This document shows, piece by piece, positions 40,651 to 50,293 of a DNA stretch of 64,000 nucleotides. The position numbers were made by a program, and so were the translations under genes. The DNA is from Candidatus Lustribacter sp. (GTDB lineage: Bacteria > Vulcanimicrobiota > Vulcanimicrobiia > Vulcanimicrobiales > Vulcanimicrobiaceae), in contig OZ255842.1 in the NCBI GenBank assembly GCA_965277805.1, positions 2,304,001-2,368,000 on the forward strand, given 5' to 3'. Each line of letters begins with the position of its first letter. Position 1 is the stretch's first letter. The notes beneath the pieces are model-generated. The model ran no database searches and was not told the DNA's origin. It saw only the letters and a list, made by a program, of their open reading frames with translations.

Positions 40651-41954
40651 TCACGCAAGCCGAGAACGATCGTCTCACGCGCGTCGGACCGGGTACGCCG
40701 GCCGGAAATCTCATGCGCCGCTACTGGCACCCCGTTGCCGCCAAGGCGCAATTGCTCGAGCGCAACGTGATGCCGGTGCGTATCTTCGGTGAAGACCTCG
40801 TGCTTTTTCTCGACGGCCAAGGCCGTCCCGGGCTCGTCTCCGATCGCTGCGCGCACCGCCGCGTGAAACTCGAACACGGCTACACCAACGACGCCGGCAT
40901 CGTGTGTCCGTATCACGGCTGGACCTACAATGCCGGGGGCCGCTGCGTGGCGCAGCCCGGCGAGCCGCCGGAGAGCACGTTCAAAGATAAGATCACGATC
41001 GCGTCCTATCCGGTGCAAGAATTGGCCGGCCTGATGTTCGCCTATCTCGGGCCGCTGCCGGCGCCGCTCTTGCCGCGCTGGGACCGCCTCGTCTGGGACA
41101 ACGTCTATCGCGTGATCGGCTTCGTGAAGATTCCGTGCAACTGGCTGCAGTGCATGGAGAACACCCCCGATCCGGTGCACACCGAATATCTCCACGGCCA
41201 CTACTTCAAGCATCTGCTCGACAAGAGCAAGAGCACCGACGACCGCAGCCGCAAACTGGCCGAAGGCTTCACCACCCACTTCCTCAAGCATGACTACGCG
41301 ATCGGCAAGTACGGCGTCGATCGTCGCTGGCTGCTCGAAGGCCAATCGACCGACAAGGACACCTGGTCGAAGCCGCAGCCGCTCGTCTTTCCCGACATTC
41401 ACTGCACGTCGGGCGGCGGCCGCCACACCTTCGGCTGGCGCATGCCGATCGACGATGAAAACACGATGGAAGTGTACGTGCGTTCGTTCGATCCCGGTCC
41501 GGGCGTCACGGTGCCCGTTCAGGATCCGGTACCGTATCTCGAAGTCGAGATGGTCGATGAAAACGGGCGCTTCACGGCGTTGAATTCAGTCACCGGCCAA
41601 GACGTGATGGCGTGGGTCTCGCAGGGTACGGTTCTCGACCGTACCGAAGAGCGTCTCGGCGATACCGATCGCGGCGTGATCTTGTTCCGGCAATTGCTCA
41701 AGGCCCAAATCGACGCGGTCGAAGCGGGCCGCGATCCGATCAACGTCTTCCGCGATCCCGCCGAGAACCAATGCCTCGATCTCCCCGTGCCGTGGGATCG
41801 CGGTTATGCGTGGGGGTACGGCAAGGACGGCAGTTACGTTCGCGGTTCGATCACCGCCGCCGACCCGCTGCCCGAGCATCTCAAGAACGAGATCGAAGAC
41901 CTCTTCGTCCGCGCCGCTGAGAGCCGTCAGCGCCCCGCCTCAGCGATCGCCTAA
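40647..41954 (+). CDS. Rieske non-heme iron oxygenase alpha subunit (phthalate 4,5-dioxygenase/LigX type)
   Basis: LTRVGPGTP.G..MRRYW.P, CAHR, CPYHGW, ENTPDPVH..YLH, QD..AW..QG, E.LG..DRG. Confidence 0.9.
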   Translation: MITQAENDRLTRVGPGTPAGNLMRRYWHPVAAKAQLLERNVMPVRIFGEDLVLFLDGQGRPGLVSDRCAHRRVKLEHGYTNDAGIVCPYHGWTYNAGGRCVAQPGEPPESTFKDKITIASYPVQELAGLMFAYLGPLPAPLLPRWDRLVWDNVYRVIGFVKIPCNWLQCMENTPDPVHTEYLHGHYFKHLLDKSKSTDDRSRKLAEGFTTHFLKHDYAIGKYGVDRRWLLEGQSTDKDTWSKPQPLVFPDIHCTSGGGRHTFGWRMPIDDENTMEVYVRSFDPGPGVTVPVQDPVPYLEVEMVDENGRFTALNSVTGQDVMAWVSQGTVLDRTEERLGDTDRGVILFRQLLKAQIDAVEAGRDPINVFRDPAENQCLDLPVPWDRGYAWGYGKDGSYVRGSITAADPLPEHLKNEIEDLFVRAAESRQRPASAIA

Positions 41955-41967
41955 AGGAGCTGCGTTC

Positions 41968-42792
41968 GTGTCCGAAGTGATTCAGGTTCGACAACCGGTT
42001 GGCAGGAAGAAGATTTTGCCACGACTTCGGCTACAGAACTCGACGGCGCGCGGGGTGCTCTCGATCATCGCCGCCGGCGTGATCTGGGAAATCGCCGGGC
42101 GCACGTTCCTGAGCAACCCGCTCTTCTTCGCCCCGCTCAGCGCGGTCATCGCGAAGATGCAGCAGCTTTGGGTGGCCGGCACGCTGCAGCAAGACATCCT
42201 GGTCAGCGCGCAAGAGTTCATCATCGGCTTCGTGCTCGCATCGATCGCCGGCATCGCGATCGGCGTGATCATGGCGAGCTCCAAAGCCATTTGCGACGTC
42301 ATCGATCCGTGGGTCTCGATGCTCTATGCCACGCCGTTCGTCGCGCTCGCGCCGCTGCTCACGTTGTGGCTCGGCATCGGCATGACGGCCCACATCGCTG
42401 TCGTCTTCATCGTCGTGATCTTTCCGGTGCTCATCAACACCCACGCGGGCCTGGCCAATAGCGACCGCGATCTGATCGAGGTCGCGCGATCGTACGGCGC
42501 CGATCAGCGTCAGATCTTCGTGAAAATCCGCTTCCCCGGCGCCTTGCCGTTCATCGTAGCCGGCCTGCGGCAAGGCATCGCGCGCGGGCTCACCGGCGTC
42601 GTCGTCGCCGAGCTGTTCGGGTCGCGCGCCGGTCTCGGCTACCTGATCCTGATCTCGGGCCAGCAATTCGATCCGGCCGGGCTGCTCGTCGGCATCTTGC
42701 TCTTCGCACTCGTCGGCGTCGGCGCCGTCGAGGCGGTTCGCATTCTCGAACGGCGCATCGCGCCGTGGCGCTTCTCGGAGGTCAGCGAATGA
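41968..42792 (+). CDS. NitT/TauT-family ABC permease
   Basis: YATP.VALAPL..LWLGIG, EVARSYGA, PGALPFIVAGLR; GTG at 41968 after AAGGAG. Confidence 0.92.
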   Translation: MSEVIQVRQPVGRKKILPRLRLQNSTARGVLSIIAAGVIWEIAGRTFLSNPLFFAPLSAVIAKMQQLWVAGTLQQDILVSAQEFIIGFVLASIAGIAIGVIMASSKAICDVIDPWVSMLYATPFVALAPLLTLWLGIGMTAHIAVVFIVVIFPVLINTHAGLANSDRDLIEVARSYGADQRQIFVKIRFPGALPFIVAGLRQGIARGLTGVVVAELFGSRAGLGYLILISGQQFDPAGLLVGILLFALVGVGAVEAVRILERRIAPWRFSEVSE

Positions 42793-43622
42793 CGTCGACG
42801 GTTGCACCGGCGCTGCCGAAGCTCTCGATCGAGCATCTCTCGAAGAGCTATCGCAAGGGCGATCAGTCGGTCGAAGCCCTGCGCGACGTGAGCATCGATA
42901 TCGCCGGCGGCGAGTTCGTCTCGATCGTCGGCGCGTCGGGCTGCGGCAAGACGACGCTGCTGCGTATGCTCGACGGCTTGATCGCGCCGAGTTCGGGCAG
43001 CATCGCGCTCGATCAGAAGCCGATCGACGGGCCGGGATACGGGCGCGCCTTCGTCTTTCAACAAGACCGTCTGCTGCCATGGCGCAACGTGCTCACCAAC
43101 GTCATGCTGGGCACGGAGATCCAAGGGCACAAGGCACCGGCCGATCGCGCGCGTGCGCTGCAGTTCATCGAACTGGTCGGTCTGAGCGGTTTCGAGAAGC
43201 ATTATCCGCACGAGCTCTCGGGCGGTATGCGTCAGCGCGTCAACCTGGCGCGCGCGCTCACCGCGGAACCCGAGGTACTGCTGCTCGACGAACCGTTCGC
43301 TTCGCTCGATGCGCAGACGCGCGAGATCATGCAAGCGGAGTTGCTGCGGGTCTGGCGCGAGACGCGCAAGACGGCGATCTTCGTCACGCACCAAATCGAC
43401 GAAGCCGTCTACCTCTCGGATCGCGTGGTGGTGCTCACCGTTCGTCCGGGGCGCATCAAGGAGATCGTGAAGATCGACCTGCCGCGCCCGCGCGAACTAT
43501 CGGTGAAGCGCACCCCGGCGTTCGTCGAATATACGAGCCACATCTGGCAGCTCATCGAGCAAGAGGTTCAGGAAAGCATCGGCCTCGAGAAGGCCGCCGC
43601 GGCGGCCCGGCACCTTACTTAG
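42789..43622 (+). CDS. NitT/TauT-family ABC ATP-binding protein
   Basis: GASGCGKTT, LSGGMRQR, LDEPFASLDAQTRE, VTHQ; ATG at 42789. Confidence 0.92.
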   Translation: MTSTVAPALPKLSIEHLSKSYRKGDQSVEALRDVSIDIAGGEFVSIVGASGCGKTTLLRMLDGLIAPSSGSIALDQKPIDGPGYGRAFVFQQDRLLPWRNVLTNVMLGTEIQGHKAPADRARALQFIELVGLSGFEKHYPHELSGGMRQRVNLARALTAEPEVLLLDEPFASLDAQTREIMQAELLRVWRETRKTAIFVTHQIDEAVYLSDRVVVLTVRPGRIKEIVKIDLPRPRELSVKRTPAFVEYTSHIWQLIEQEVQESIGLEKAAAAARHLT

Positions 43623-44589
43623 AACACCACTCCGTGTCGACCAGCTTGGCCGAATCGCCCGGCTTGAGCGTGGTCAAGCGGTTTTGCTGCTGCAGGATCG
43701 ACACCAGCGTATCTAACCGCGACGGCACGGCGCACTTATCGGTGAGCACGTGCTTTTGCACCCAGTAGCTGTAGGCCGCTTCCGATTCTTCCTGGGTGCT
43801 GTTGGTCGCGGCGGCAAGGATATCGATCGCCTTCGCCTTGTTGGCCGGATTGTTGAGCCACGCGAGCGATTCGGCTTGGACTTTGAGGAACTTCCGCAGC
43901 GCGTCCGGGTGCTGCTGCGCCCAATCCTTGCGCACGGCGAGCAGGCTGAGCGCGAGGCTCGGCACGACGTCGGGCGTAAACGCGAGCGAGGTCATGCCGC
44001 GCGCCTTCAGCTTTTCATCTGCGGGCGATGAGAACAAACCCGCGTCGATCGCGCCTCCGAGCATCGCCGCTAAGCGCTGGCTCTGGCCGCCGCCGTACAC
44101 CCAATCGACGTCCTTTTCCGGATCGAGCCCGGCTTTCTTGAGGATGTTCTTGAGCACGGTCGTGTAGATCTCGATCGGCGACGCCGCACCGATGCGTTTC
44201 CCCTTGAGCTGCGCGATGGTTTTGATGCCCGGTGCGGCCATGAGGTTGTAAGGATTGCGATCGGCGACCGGTCCCACGGCGACGATGTTCGCGCCCTTGT
44301 CGACGCCGAGCACGAAGCCGGTTGAATCGATCGACACGACGTCGAGCGAGCCGCCGATCAATGCCGTGACGGTCGTCGGCGGATCGACGAGCGTCTGCTG
44401 CACGTCCAAGCCTTCGTTCTTGTAGAAGCCTTCGGCTTGGCCGACGAAGTACGCCCAATCGACCGGCGTCTGCGACATCGCGCCGCGCTTGACCACCGTC
44501 AGCGGCGCATCGGCAGCGCTCGCGGACACCAGCGATGCGGCAAACAAGAGCGCGAAGCCGGCAACGGCGGCACGGGCGATTTTCTTCAC
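43615..44589 (-). CDS. NitT/TauT-family substrate-binding protein (GQNQR/2-Cys subfamily)
   Basis: GFYKNEGLDV, YGGGQSQR, LAFTPD, DTEWCSK. Confidence 0.85.
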   Translation of the reverse strand: MKKIARAAVAGFALLFAASLVSASAADAPLTVVKRGAMSQTPVDWAYFVGQAEGFYKNEGLDVQQTLVDPPTTVTALIGGSLDVVSIDSTGFVLGVDKGANIVAVGPVADRNPYNLMAAPGIKTIAQLKGKRIGAASPIEIYTTVLKNILKKAGLDPEKDVDWVYGGGQSQRLAAMLGGAIDAGLFSSPADEKLKARGMTSLAFTPDVVPSLALSLLAVRKDWAQQHPDALRKFLKVQAESLAWLNNPANKAKAIDILAAATNSTQEESEAAYSYWVQKHVLTDKCAVPSRLDTLVSILQQQNRLTTLKPGDSAKLVDTEWCSK

Positions 44590-45689
44590 GAGAACTCCTC
44601 AATGCGGAATCGTTCCGACGACCAGAACGGCCCGGTGTACCCGCACAGCCGGAAGATCGCCGTATGCGCGATGTCGCGCACGAACTTGATGTCGACTTGC
44701 GGACGGCCCGTCTCATAGCCCGGCGGTCCGAAGTAGCCGTGATCGAGCAGCTCGGTGCGAACCGCGGTGAGCCGGTCGAGGCCCGCTTCGTCGACGTTGA
44801 GCCGCAGCTCGGCGACCATGCCGGCAAAGTCCGCGCGATACGCATGTTCGGCGTTCGGAGCGCGGCGCTCGGCGAGATAATATGCGGTGGTCTGTACGGC
44901 GTCCATGAGCAAGCCGGCGGAAAGATGAATCTGTGCGACCACGTTCGATCCGGTGATCTGATCGAACACGACGTCAGCCGGAAAGCCGCCTTCGGCGAGG
45001 GGGACGACGCCTTCGCCGATCGCCGCGAACGCGCGCAACAGTACCGCGTCGTCGGCGGGAAACGGCGAATGCGGAAAGCGTCCGACCCGGCGGTAACCGC
45101 GGTAGTGCGTGGCCGAAAGCAGCTTGTCGCCCGCGGCGTACTGCTCGATCGCGATGATCGGCGTCGCGATGCCGGCGATCAACGAGATCACCATCTCGAG
45201 CCGATCACGTTCTTTCGGACTGAGCACGCCTTCGATCGCAACGGCCATGCGCAGGTCGTGATGGCTCGTCGCGTCGGGTGAATGACCTTGAAACACGACC
45301 GTACGGCCGGCAAAGCGGCTCACGCCGTTCCAGCTCGTACCGGAGAGAATCACGCGCGTTGAAGCGACCGGCAGACCGGCCGCACCGCCGTAGGAAAGGT
45401 GAAGTTCGGCACAGTTGAAGAGCCGCGCGCCGTTTGCCGACGTGCCGGTAAACGTGACGGGTGAACTGCGCCACGAACCGTCGGCGGCTTCGAGTTTACC
45501 GCCCGGCTCGCCGTACCGTTCTTCCGGAATCGCGAACGTGGAAATATCTTCGAAGCGCGCGCTGATCGAGCTGCTCGATACCGTCACCGATACGTTGCCG
45601 CGAGATTGTTCGCCCGACTTGGCCGTGTACACGGCTTCGCACGGAGCCGTTGTAAACGACTCCGTCGCGCCGCGTTCAGCGATCGACAT
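44586..45689 (-). CDS. Protein of unknown function (paralog of 52411..53529)
   Basis: 367-aa ORF coupled to both neighbours; shares HHD.RMA, PHSPF, IH.SA and PGYETGRPQ.DIKF.RDIA with 52411..53529. Confidence 0.85.
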   Translation of the reverse strand: MSIAERGATESFTTAPCEAVYTAKSGEQSRGNVSVTVSSSSISARFEDISTFAIPEERYGEPGGKLEAADGSWRSSPVTFTGTSANGARLFNCAELHLSYGGAAGLPVASTRVILSGTSWNGVSRFAGRTVVFQGHSPDATSHHDLRMAVAIEGVLSPKERDRLEMVISLIAGIATPIIAIEQYAAGDKLLSATHYRGYRRVGRFPHSPFPADDAVLLRAFAAIGEGVVPLAEGGFPADVVFDQITGSNVVAQIHLSAGLLMDAVQTTAYYLAERRAPNAEHAYRADFAGMVAELRLNVDEAGLDRLTAVRTELLDHGYFGPPGYETGRPQVDIKFVRDIAHTAIFRLCGYTGPFWSSERFRIEEFS

Positions 45690-46154
45690 CTAGCTGAAGA
45701 ATTTGCCGGGCAGCGGAATGACGGGCTGCTCTTTGTTCTCCACCGAATCGCCGGCGAACGGTTTGCCCTCGAGGTCGACGCGGTCGTCAAAGTTCGTCCA
45801 GCCCTCGCGCTTCGCGCCGACGCGCAGGAGCACCAGATTCTCATCGCCGCTGCTGAGGAACCAGTAGTAGCTGCCCGAGGGAATCATGATGCCGTCGTAC
45901 TTGCGCAGCACGCGAATCTCTTCGCTCTCACCAAGCCGGAACGTCGCCTCACCGGCGAGGATCACGAACATATGATCTTCTTGGCTGTGCGTGTGGATCG
46001 CGTTTTCACCGCCGGCCGCATAGACTTTCAAGTGGGCGGCCAAGAGATCGGTTTTGGCGAGCAAGTCCATCGTGCGGCCTTGCGCGAGCAACTGACCTTT
46101 CAGCGTGAACGGCTTTGCTTCCGGAGCGGCCTTTTGGGTTTGCGTGCTCATCAA
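45690..46154 (-). CDS. Cupin domain protein
   Basis: GGENAIHTHSQEDHMFVILAGE and IMIPSG cupin motifs. Confidence 0.85.
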   Translation of the reverse strand: MMSTQTQKAAPEAKPFTLKGQLLAQGRTMDLLAKTDLLAAHLKVYAAGGENAIHTHSQEDHMFVILAGEATFRLGESEEIRVLRKYDGIMIPSGSYYWFLSSGDENLVLLRVGAKREGWTNFDDRVDLEGKPFAGDSVENKEQPVIPLPGKFFS

Positions 46155-46167
46155 TCGTCTCTTTCTG

Positions 46168-46890
46168 CTAGGCGGTAACGGCGGTGGGAGCGGCTCCCGA
46201 AGAGAGGAGCTTTCCGAGGCCGGACGTGGTGGGGTGCCCGATTTGGGCCAGCGACCACCACGCGGTGGCCTGGGTTTGTTCGATCACGGGGATGTTCTTT
46301 TCATCTTCGAGCACCCGCGAGATGCCGAGCATATTGCCGCGCGCAAAGATTACGACGCCGTCGCACTGCGGAAAGCGCGGCAGCGTTTCCCGCGCCAGCG
46401 CATCGTAGTCGGCCGCCGTCTTGGCGTTCACTTCATCTGCGTTGCGGCAGCCGAGCCCGACCGCCGCCTCGACGGCGAGGCCCACGTCGCGGCAAAACCC
46501 GACGATCTTGTCGTTCGACGGCTCGTCGTACTGCGTCACGAGCAGCGCATGACGCACGCCCAGATGCAGGCAGGCGAGCGCCGTCGCCGTGAGGCTCGAA
46601 ACGATCGGCACGCCGCGTTCGCGCGCGAGGCTTCCGAACAGCTCTTGCTCGGCCGCATAGCCGCGTCGCGCCGCATTCGGAATGCCCATGACCACGATGG
46701 CTTTCGCGCCCTCATCCGCGAGCACGTGCACCGCACCCGGAATCGCCGCGTTCGAACGCGCTTCTTCGCCCGGCTTGCCGTTGCGGTTGTTCAGCGTCGC
46801 AACGATTGCGGTCACGTCGGTGGGGAGCACCTCGTTGAGATCCGAGGGCAGTTGAACGACCGACGGCGAGATCGATCCAATTTTCGGCAT
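46168..46890 (-). CDS. Asp/Glu racemase-fold (maleate isomerase/arylmalonate decarboxylase-like) protein
   Basis: KIG.I.P, P.V....A...A...LG, T.Y....N, LE.E..IPVI...QA..W; canonical Cys positions not evident. Confidence 0.7.
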   Translation of the reverse strand: MPKIGSISPSVVQLPSDLNEVLPTDVTAIVATLNNRNGKPGEEARSNAAIPGAVHVLADEGAKAIVVMGIPNAARRGYAAEQELFGSLARERGVPIVSSLTATALACLHLGVRHALLVTQYDEPSNDKIVGFCRDVGLAVEAAVGLGCRNADEVNAKTAADYDALARETLPRFPQCDGVVIFARGNMLGISRVLEDEKNIPVIEQTQATAWWSLAQIGHPTTSGLGKLLSSGAAPTAVTA

Positions 46891-46893
46891 CGA

Positions 46894-48198
46894 TCAGGCT
46901 TCGACCAGCATGTTCTTCCGGCGCGCCGCCTCGACGTAGAGATCTTCGATTTCGTCCGCAACGTGTTCGGGCAAACGATCGGCGGCGGTAACCGAACCGC
47001 GAATGTACGAACCGTCCGCAGCGTAACCCCACGCATGACCGCGATCGAGCACGGTCGGCAGATCGATCTGCACGTTCTCAGCCGGATCGCGGAACACGTT
47101 GATCGGCGTCATGCCGGCTTCGACGCGTTCGATCTGATCGCGAATCAGCTGACGGTAGGCGATGATGCCGCGATCGGAATCACCGAGGCGCTCCTTGGTG
47201 CGGTCCATGATCTCGCCTTGCATCGTCCAGGCCATGAAGTCTTGACCGTTGACGGTGTCGAGCGAGAGAAAATTCCCCGTCTCGTCGCGGACCGGCATCT
47301 CGTAGTAGGGCACGACCTCTTGCTTGGGCACTTTCACGCCGTTGCCGGGCTGGAACGAACGCAGCACCACTTGCATCGTGTGGGTATCATCGATCGGCAC
47401 GCGCCAGCCGAAATCGTGGCGGCCCGAACCCGACGTCACGTGCGTGTTCGGGAAAACGAGCGGCGAGCTCGACGTCCACGTGTTCGCCGTTTCGCTTTGG
47501 CCTTCGATCAGCCAGCCGCGATGCAGGCCGTACTTGTGCATGCCGTACTCGTGCTTGATGATCGGTTTCTGAAAGCCCGATGCGAGCGCCCAGCGCGGAT
47601 CGCTCTTCGGAATCCCCTGTTCGCCGAGCCAGGTTTGAAAAAACTCGCCGTGCAGATAGATCGTGTGCATCGCATCGGGCGTGTTCTCCATGCACTGCAG
47701 CCAGTTGCACGGCACGATCGCATACGCGATGACGCGGTAGACGTCGTCCCACACGAGACGGTCCCAGTTCGGCAGCAGCGGTACCGGATCGGGCCCGATG
47801 TACGCAAACACGAGCCCGGCCAATTCCTGGACGTGATAGGCGCCGATTTGGACCTTGTCTTTGAACGTGCTGCCGGCGGGCTCGGCCGGTTGATCGACGC
47901 ATTGGCCGGTCGTATCGAACGTCCAGCCGTGATAGGGGCAACGGATGCCCGCGTCGTTCGTCCGCGCGCAGTCAAGCTTGACCTGACGGTGCGCGCAGCG
48001 ATCGTCGACCAGGCCCATACGATTCTTGCCATCGAGGAAGAGCACCATGTCTTGACCGTAGAGCCGGATCGGCATGACGCGGCGCTCGCGCAGCTGCTGC
48101 ATCGGCGCGACCGGCTGCCAATAGTGCCGGAAGAGCTTCCCGACCGGCGTCCCGGGGCCGACGCGGGTGAGGCGCTCGTTTTCTTCAGCGGTCAACAT
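46894..48198 (-). CDS. Rieske oxygenase alpha subunit (close paralog of 40647..41954)
   Basis: CAHR, CPYHGW, ENTPDAMH..YLH, QD..AW..QG; ATG at 48198 (MLTAEEN). Confidence 0.9.
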   Translation of the reverse strand: MLTAEENERLTRVGPGTPVGKLFRHYWQPVAPMQQLRERRVMPIRLYGQDMVLFLDGKNRMGLVDDRCAHRQVKLDCARTNDAGIRCPYHGWTFDTTGQCVDQPAEPAGSTFKDKVQIGAYHVQELAGLVFAYIGPDPVPLLPNWDRLVWDDVYRVIAYAIVPCNWLQCMENTPDAMHTIYLHGEFFQTWLGEQGIPKSDPRWALASGFQKPIIKHEYGMHKYGLHRGWLIEGQSETANTWTSSSPLVFPNTHVTSGSGRHDFGWRVPIDDTHTMQVVLRSFQPGNGVKVPKQEVVPYYEMPVRDETGNFLSLDTVNGQDFMAWTMQGEIMDRTKERLGDSDRGIIAYRQLIRDQIERVEAGMTPINVFRDPAENVQIDLPTVLDRGHAWGYAADGSYIRGSVTAADRLPEHVADEIEDLYVEAARRKNMLVEA

Positions 48199-48344
48199 GT
48201 GGTGGGGCTCCTTCTGAAATACTTCTTTTAGAGTACGCCCCGGGCTGGACCCGTTCAATTCTTATACCGGCGGCATCCATTCCGTTACCTCATGTATCAA
48301 CGCAGCGCAAGGTCGCCGGTCCGGCCGCGGGAATTAGGCCGCCC

Positions 48345-49124
48345 ATGCCAGCCGTAGATGCCGCGAACGCCGCGCGCTTGATCGATCTCGTCACCGCCAG
48401 CCGGATCCTCGAAAACGAGGGCATCCTCGACAGCTACGGCCACGTCACCGTGCGTTCTGCCACGGATCCGGGACATTTTTTCATGCCGCGCGCCTTGCCG
48501 CCCGGCTCGATCACGGCCGGCGATTTGGTCGAACTCGATCTCGAGTGCACGCCGGTGCTGCCGAACGCGCCGCGTCTCAACGGCGAGCGGTTCATCCACT
48601 CCGAGATCTACAAAGCGCGGCCCGACGTGCAGTGCGTGATTCACTCGCACTCGGCGGCCGTAATCCCGTTCGCCGTGGCCGGCGTGCCGCTGCGTCCGGT
48701 GCTCGCACAAGGCGGCTTCTTGCCGCCCGAAACGCCGGTCTTTGAGATTCGCGAAGCGACGGGGACCGTGGCCTCGCGCGGCATGCTCGTGACGAACAGC
48801 GCGCTCGGCGCGTTTCTCGCAAAAAAACTCGGCGCAGCGCCCGCGATTCTGCTGCGCGGCCACGGTGATGCCGTCGTCGGCACGAGCGTGAAACAAGCCG
48901 TCGTGCGCGCGCTCTACGTATCGCTGAACGCGCGCGTGCAGTCGGAAGCGATGCGACTCAGCCCCACTATCACCGCGATGGACGACGCCGAACTCGAGTA
49001 TAATGCGAAAGAAAACTTCGACGTCGACCGCCCGTGGGCGAATTTCAAACGCCGCTTGACCGAAGGCTACTACGCTCGCGGCCGCGAGCTTCCGAAAGGC
49101 TTCGAGCTCGACCCGATTACCTAA
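48345..49124 (+). CDS. Class II aldolase/adducin family protein (possible decarboxylase)
   Basis: D.YGHV.VR, ERFIHSEIYKARPDV..VIHSHS, LLRGHG. Confidence 0.85.
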   Translation: MPAVDAANAARLIDLVTASRILENEGILDSYGHVTVRSATDPGHFFMPRALPPGSITAGDLVELDLECTPVLPNAPRLNGERFIHSEIYKARPDVQCVIHSHSAAVIPFAVAGVPLRPVLAQGGFLPPETPVFEIREATGTVASRGMLVTNSALGAFLAKKLGAAPAILLRGHGDAVVGTSVKQAVVRALYVSLNARVQSEAMRLSPTITAMDDAELEYNAKENFDVDRPWANFKRRLTEGYYARGRELPKGFELDPIT

Positions 49125-50137
49125 ACCGGCGAGAGCTCTTTCGCGGGCGCATCGAGCTTCATGAAGCGCTTGATGTTGCCGCTGAGGATCTTCTCTTTGT
49201 CTTCCCGCGAGAGCGCGATCGCCTCGAACAACTCTAGCGCGTAGTGCGAATCCCAGCACGGGTAATCCGTGCCGTACATCACGTGATCCACGCCGAAGTA
49301 TTCGATCGCAAACCGCATGCCCGCCGTGTGCGGCGAGACCATGTCGGTGTACATGCGCTTCAAGTACGTGCTCGGCAACTCCGGCAGCTTTGCGCCGGTG
49401 CCGTTCTTGTCGAGACGTCCCGCTTGATACGGCAGCGCACCGCCGGTGTGCGATACGACGACCTTCAAGTTCGGATAGCGTTCCATGATGCCCGAGAAGA
49501 TCAACCGCGACGTCGCAACGGTCGCCTCCATGATGCGGCCTACGCTGCGATGCAGCGCACCGCCGTAGCCGGCCAGCGGATCGGCGAAGAGCGCATCGGT
49601 CGGATGCATGAAGAGCGGGATGCCCAACTGTTCGCAGCGCGCATAGAACGGCTCGAGCCGCGGCGCGGCGATGTCCGGATCGTCGCCGATGCTGCCCGGA
49701 ATATTGACGCCGAGCAAGCCTAAACGACCGACGGCATCTTCGAGCACGTCGATTGCAACTTGGGTGTCGGTTAGCGGCACCGCCGCGGTGGCCCAAAAAC
49801 GCCCGGGGTGCGAACGCACCGCGCCGGCCATCTCTTCGTTCCACTGGATCGCCGCTTCTTTGCCTTCGGCGGCCGGCACATCGGAGAAGTGCACCGAGAA
49901 CGGCCCGATCGACCCGAGCGCCGAGACGTGATGCCCCAGCGTGTCCATGTACGTGAAATGCCCGTCCAGATCGTACCAAACCGCCGGCACCGCCAGCACA
50001 TACGTGCAGCCGGGCGCCCGATAGTAATTGAACCCGCCCTTACCGTCAGGCTCCGCCCGCGGATACCCCTTACGCTTGCACAGATCCTCAAAGATCGACC
50101 GCGGCCACCAATGAAAATGCGACTCAATAATGTCCAC
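49121..50137 (-). CDS. Amidohydrolase_2 family protein, ACMSD-like decarboxylase
   Basis: SHFH, LFMHP, SG..ERYP.L..SH.GG.LPY..GR, YGTDYP; GTG at 50137 after GGAGG. Confidence 0.85.
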   Translation of the reverse strand: MDIIESHFHWWPRSIFEDLCKRKGYPRAEPDGKGGFNYYRAPGCTYVLAVPAVWYDLDGHFTYMDTLGHHVSALGSIGPFSVHFSDVPAAEGKEAAIQWNEEMAGAVRSHPGRFWATAAVPLTDTQVAIDVLEDAVGRLGLLGVNIPGSIGDDPDIAAPRLEPFYARCEQLGIPLFMHPTDALFADPLAGYGGALHRSVGRIMEATVATSRLIFSGIMERYPNLKVVVSHTGGALPYQAGRLDKNGTGAKLPELPSTYLKRMYTDMVSPHTAGMRFAIEYFGVDHVMYGTDYPCWDSHYALELFEAIALSREDKEKILSGNIKRFMKLDAPAKELSPV

Positions 50138-50197
50138 GGCCAAAACCTCCGGAACAAGCGCTGCCAGGTCTAGCAAGGTTCAAGCGCATCCCCCCTT

Positions 50198-50257
50198 TGT
50201 CATGCCGAGCGGAGCGCCGTAGGGCGCGGAGACGAGGTACGCGCCATAATCATGACA
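50198..50257 (+). repeat. REP-like intergenic repeat, copy 3, with terminal inverted repeat
   Basis: TGTCATGCCGAGCGGAGCGCCGTAGGGCGCGGAGACGAGGTACGCGCCATAATCATGACA; ends TGTCATG/CATGACA; hairpin GCGCC-GTAG-GGCGC. Confidence 0.7.
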
Positions 50258-50293
50258 CCAGCCGGAGCAATGCCCCCAACGGAAGACCGCCAA

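Noticed and set aside
44586-45689. Calling the unknown protein an active HEPN toxin or anti-phage nuclease
   Set aside because: The resemblance is by eye only, the R..H motif is absent from the paralog, and there is no defence or mobile context
46105-48231. 708-aa plus-strand ORF, and similar long ORFs such as 56669..58492, 48297..49979, 56803..57933 and 51202..52482
   Set aside because: Antisense or alternative-frame shadows of well-supported genes in GC-rich DNA; Arg/Ala-rich with no motifs
33657-50257. The repeats as a CRISPR array or IS ends
   Set aside because: Three dispersed, degenerate copies with no regular spacers; no cas or transposase gene in the window
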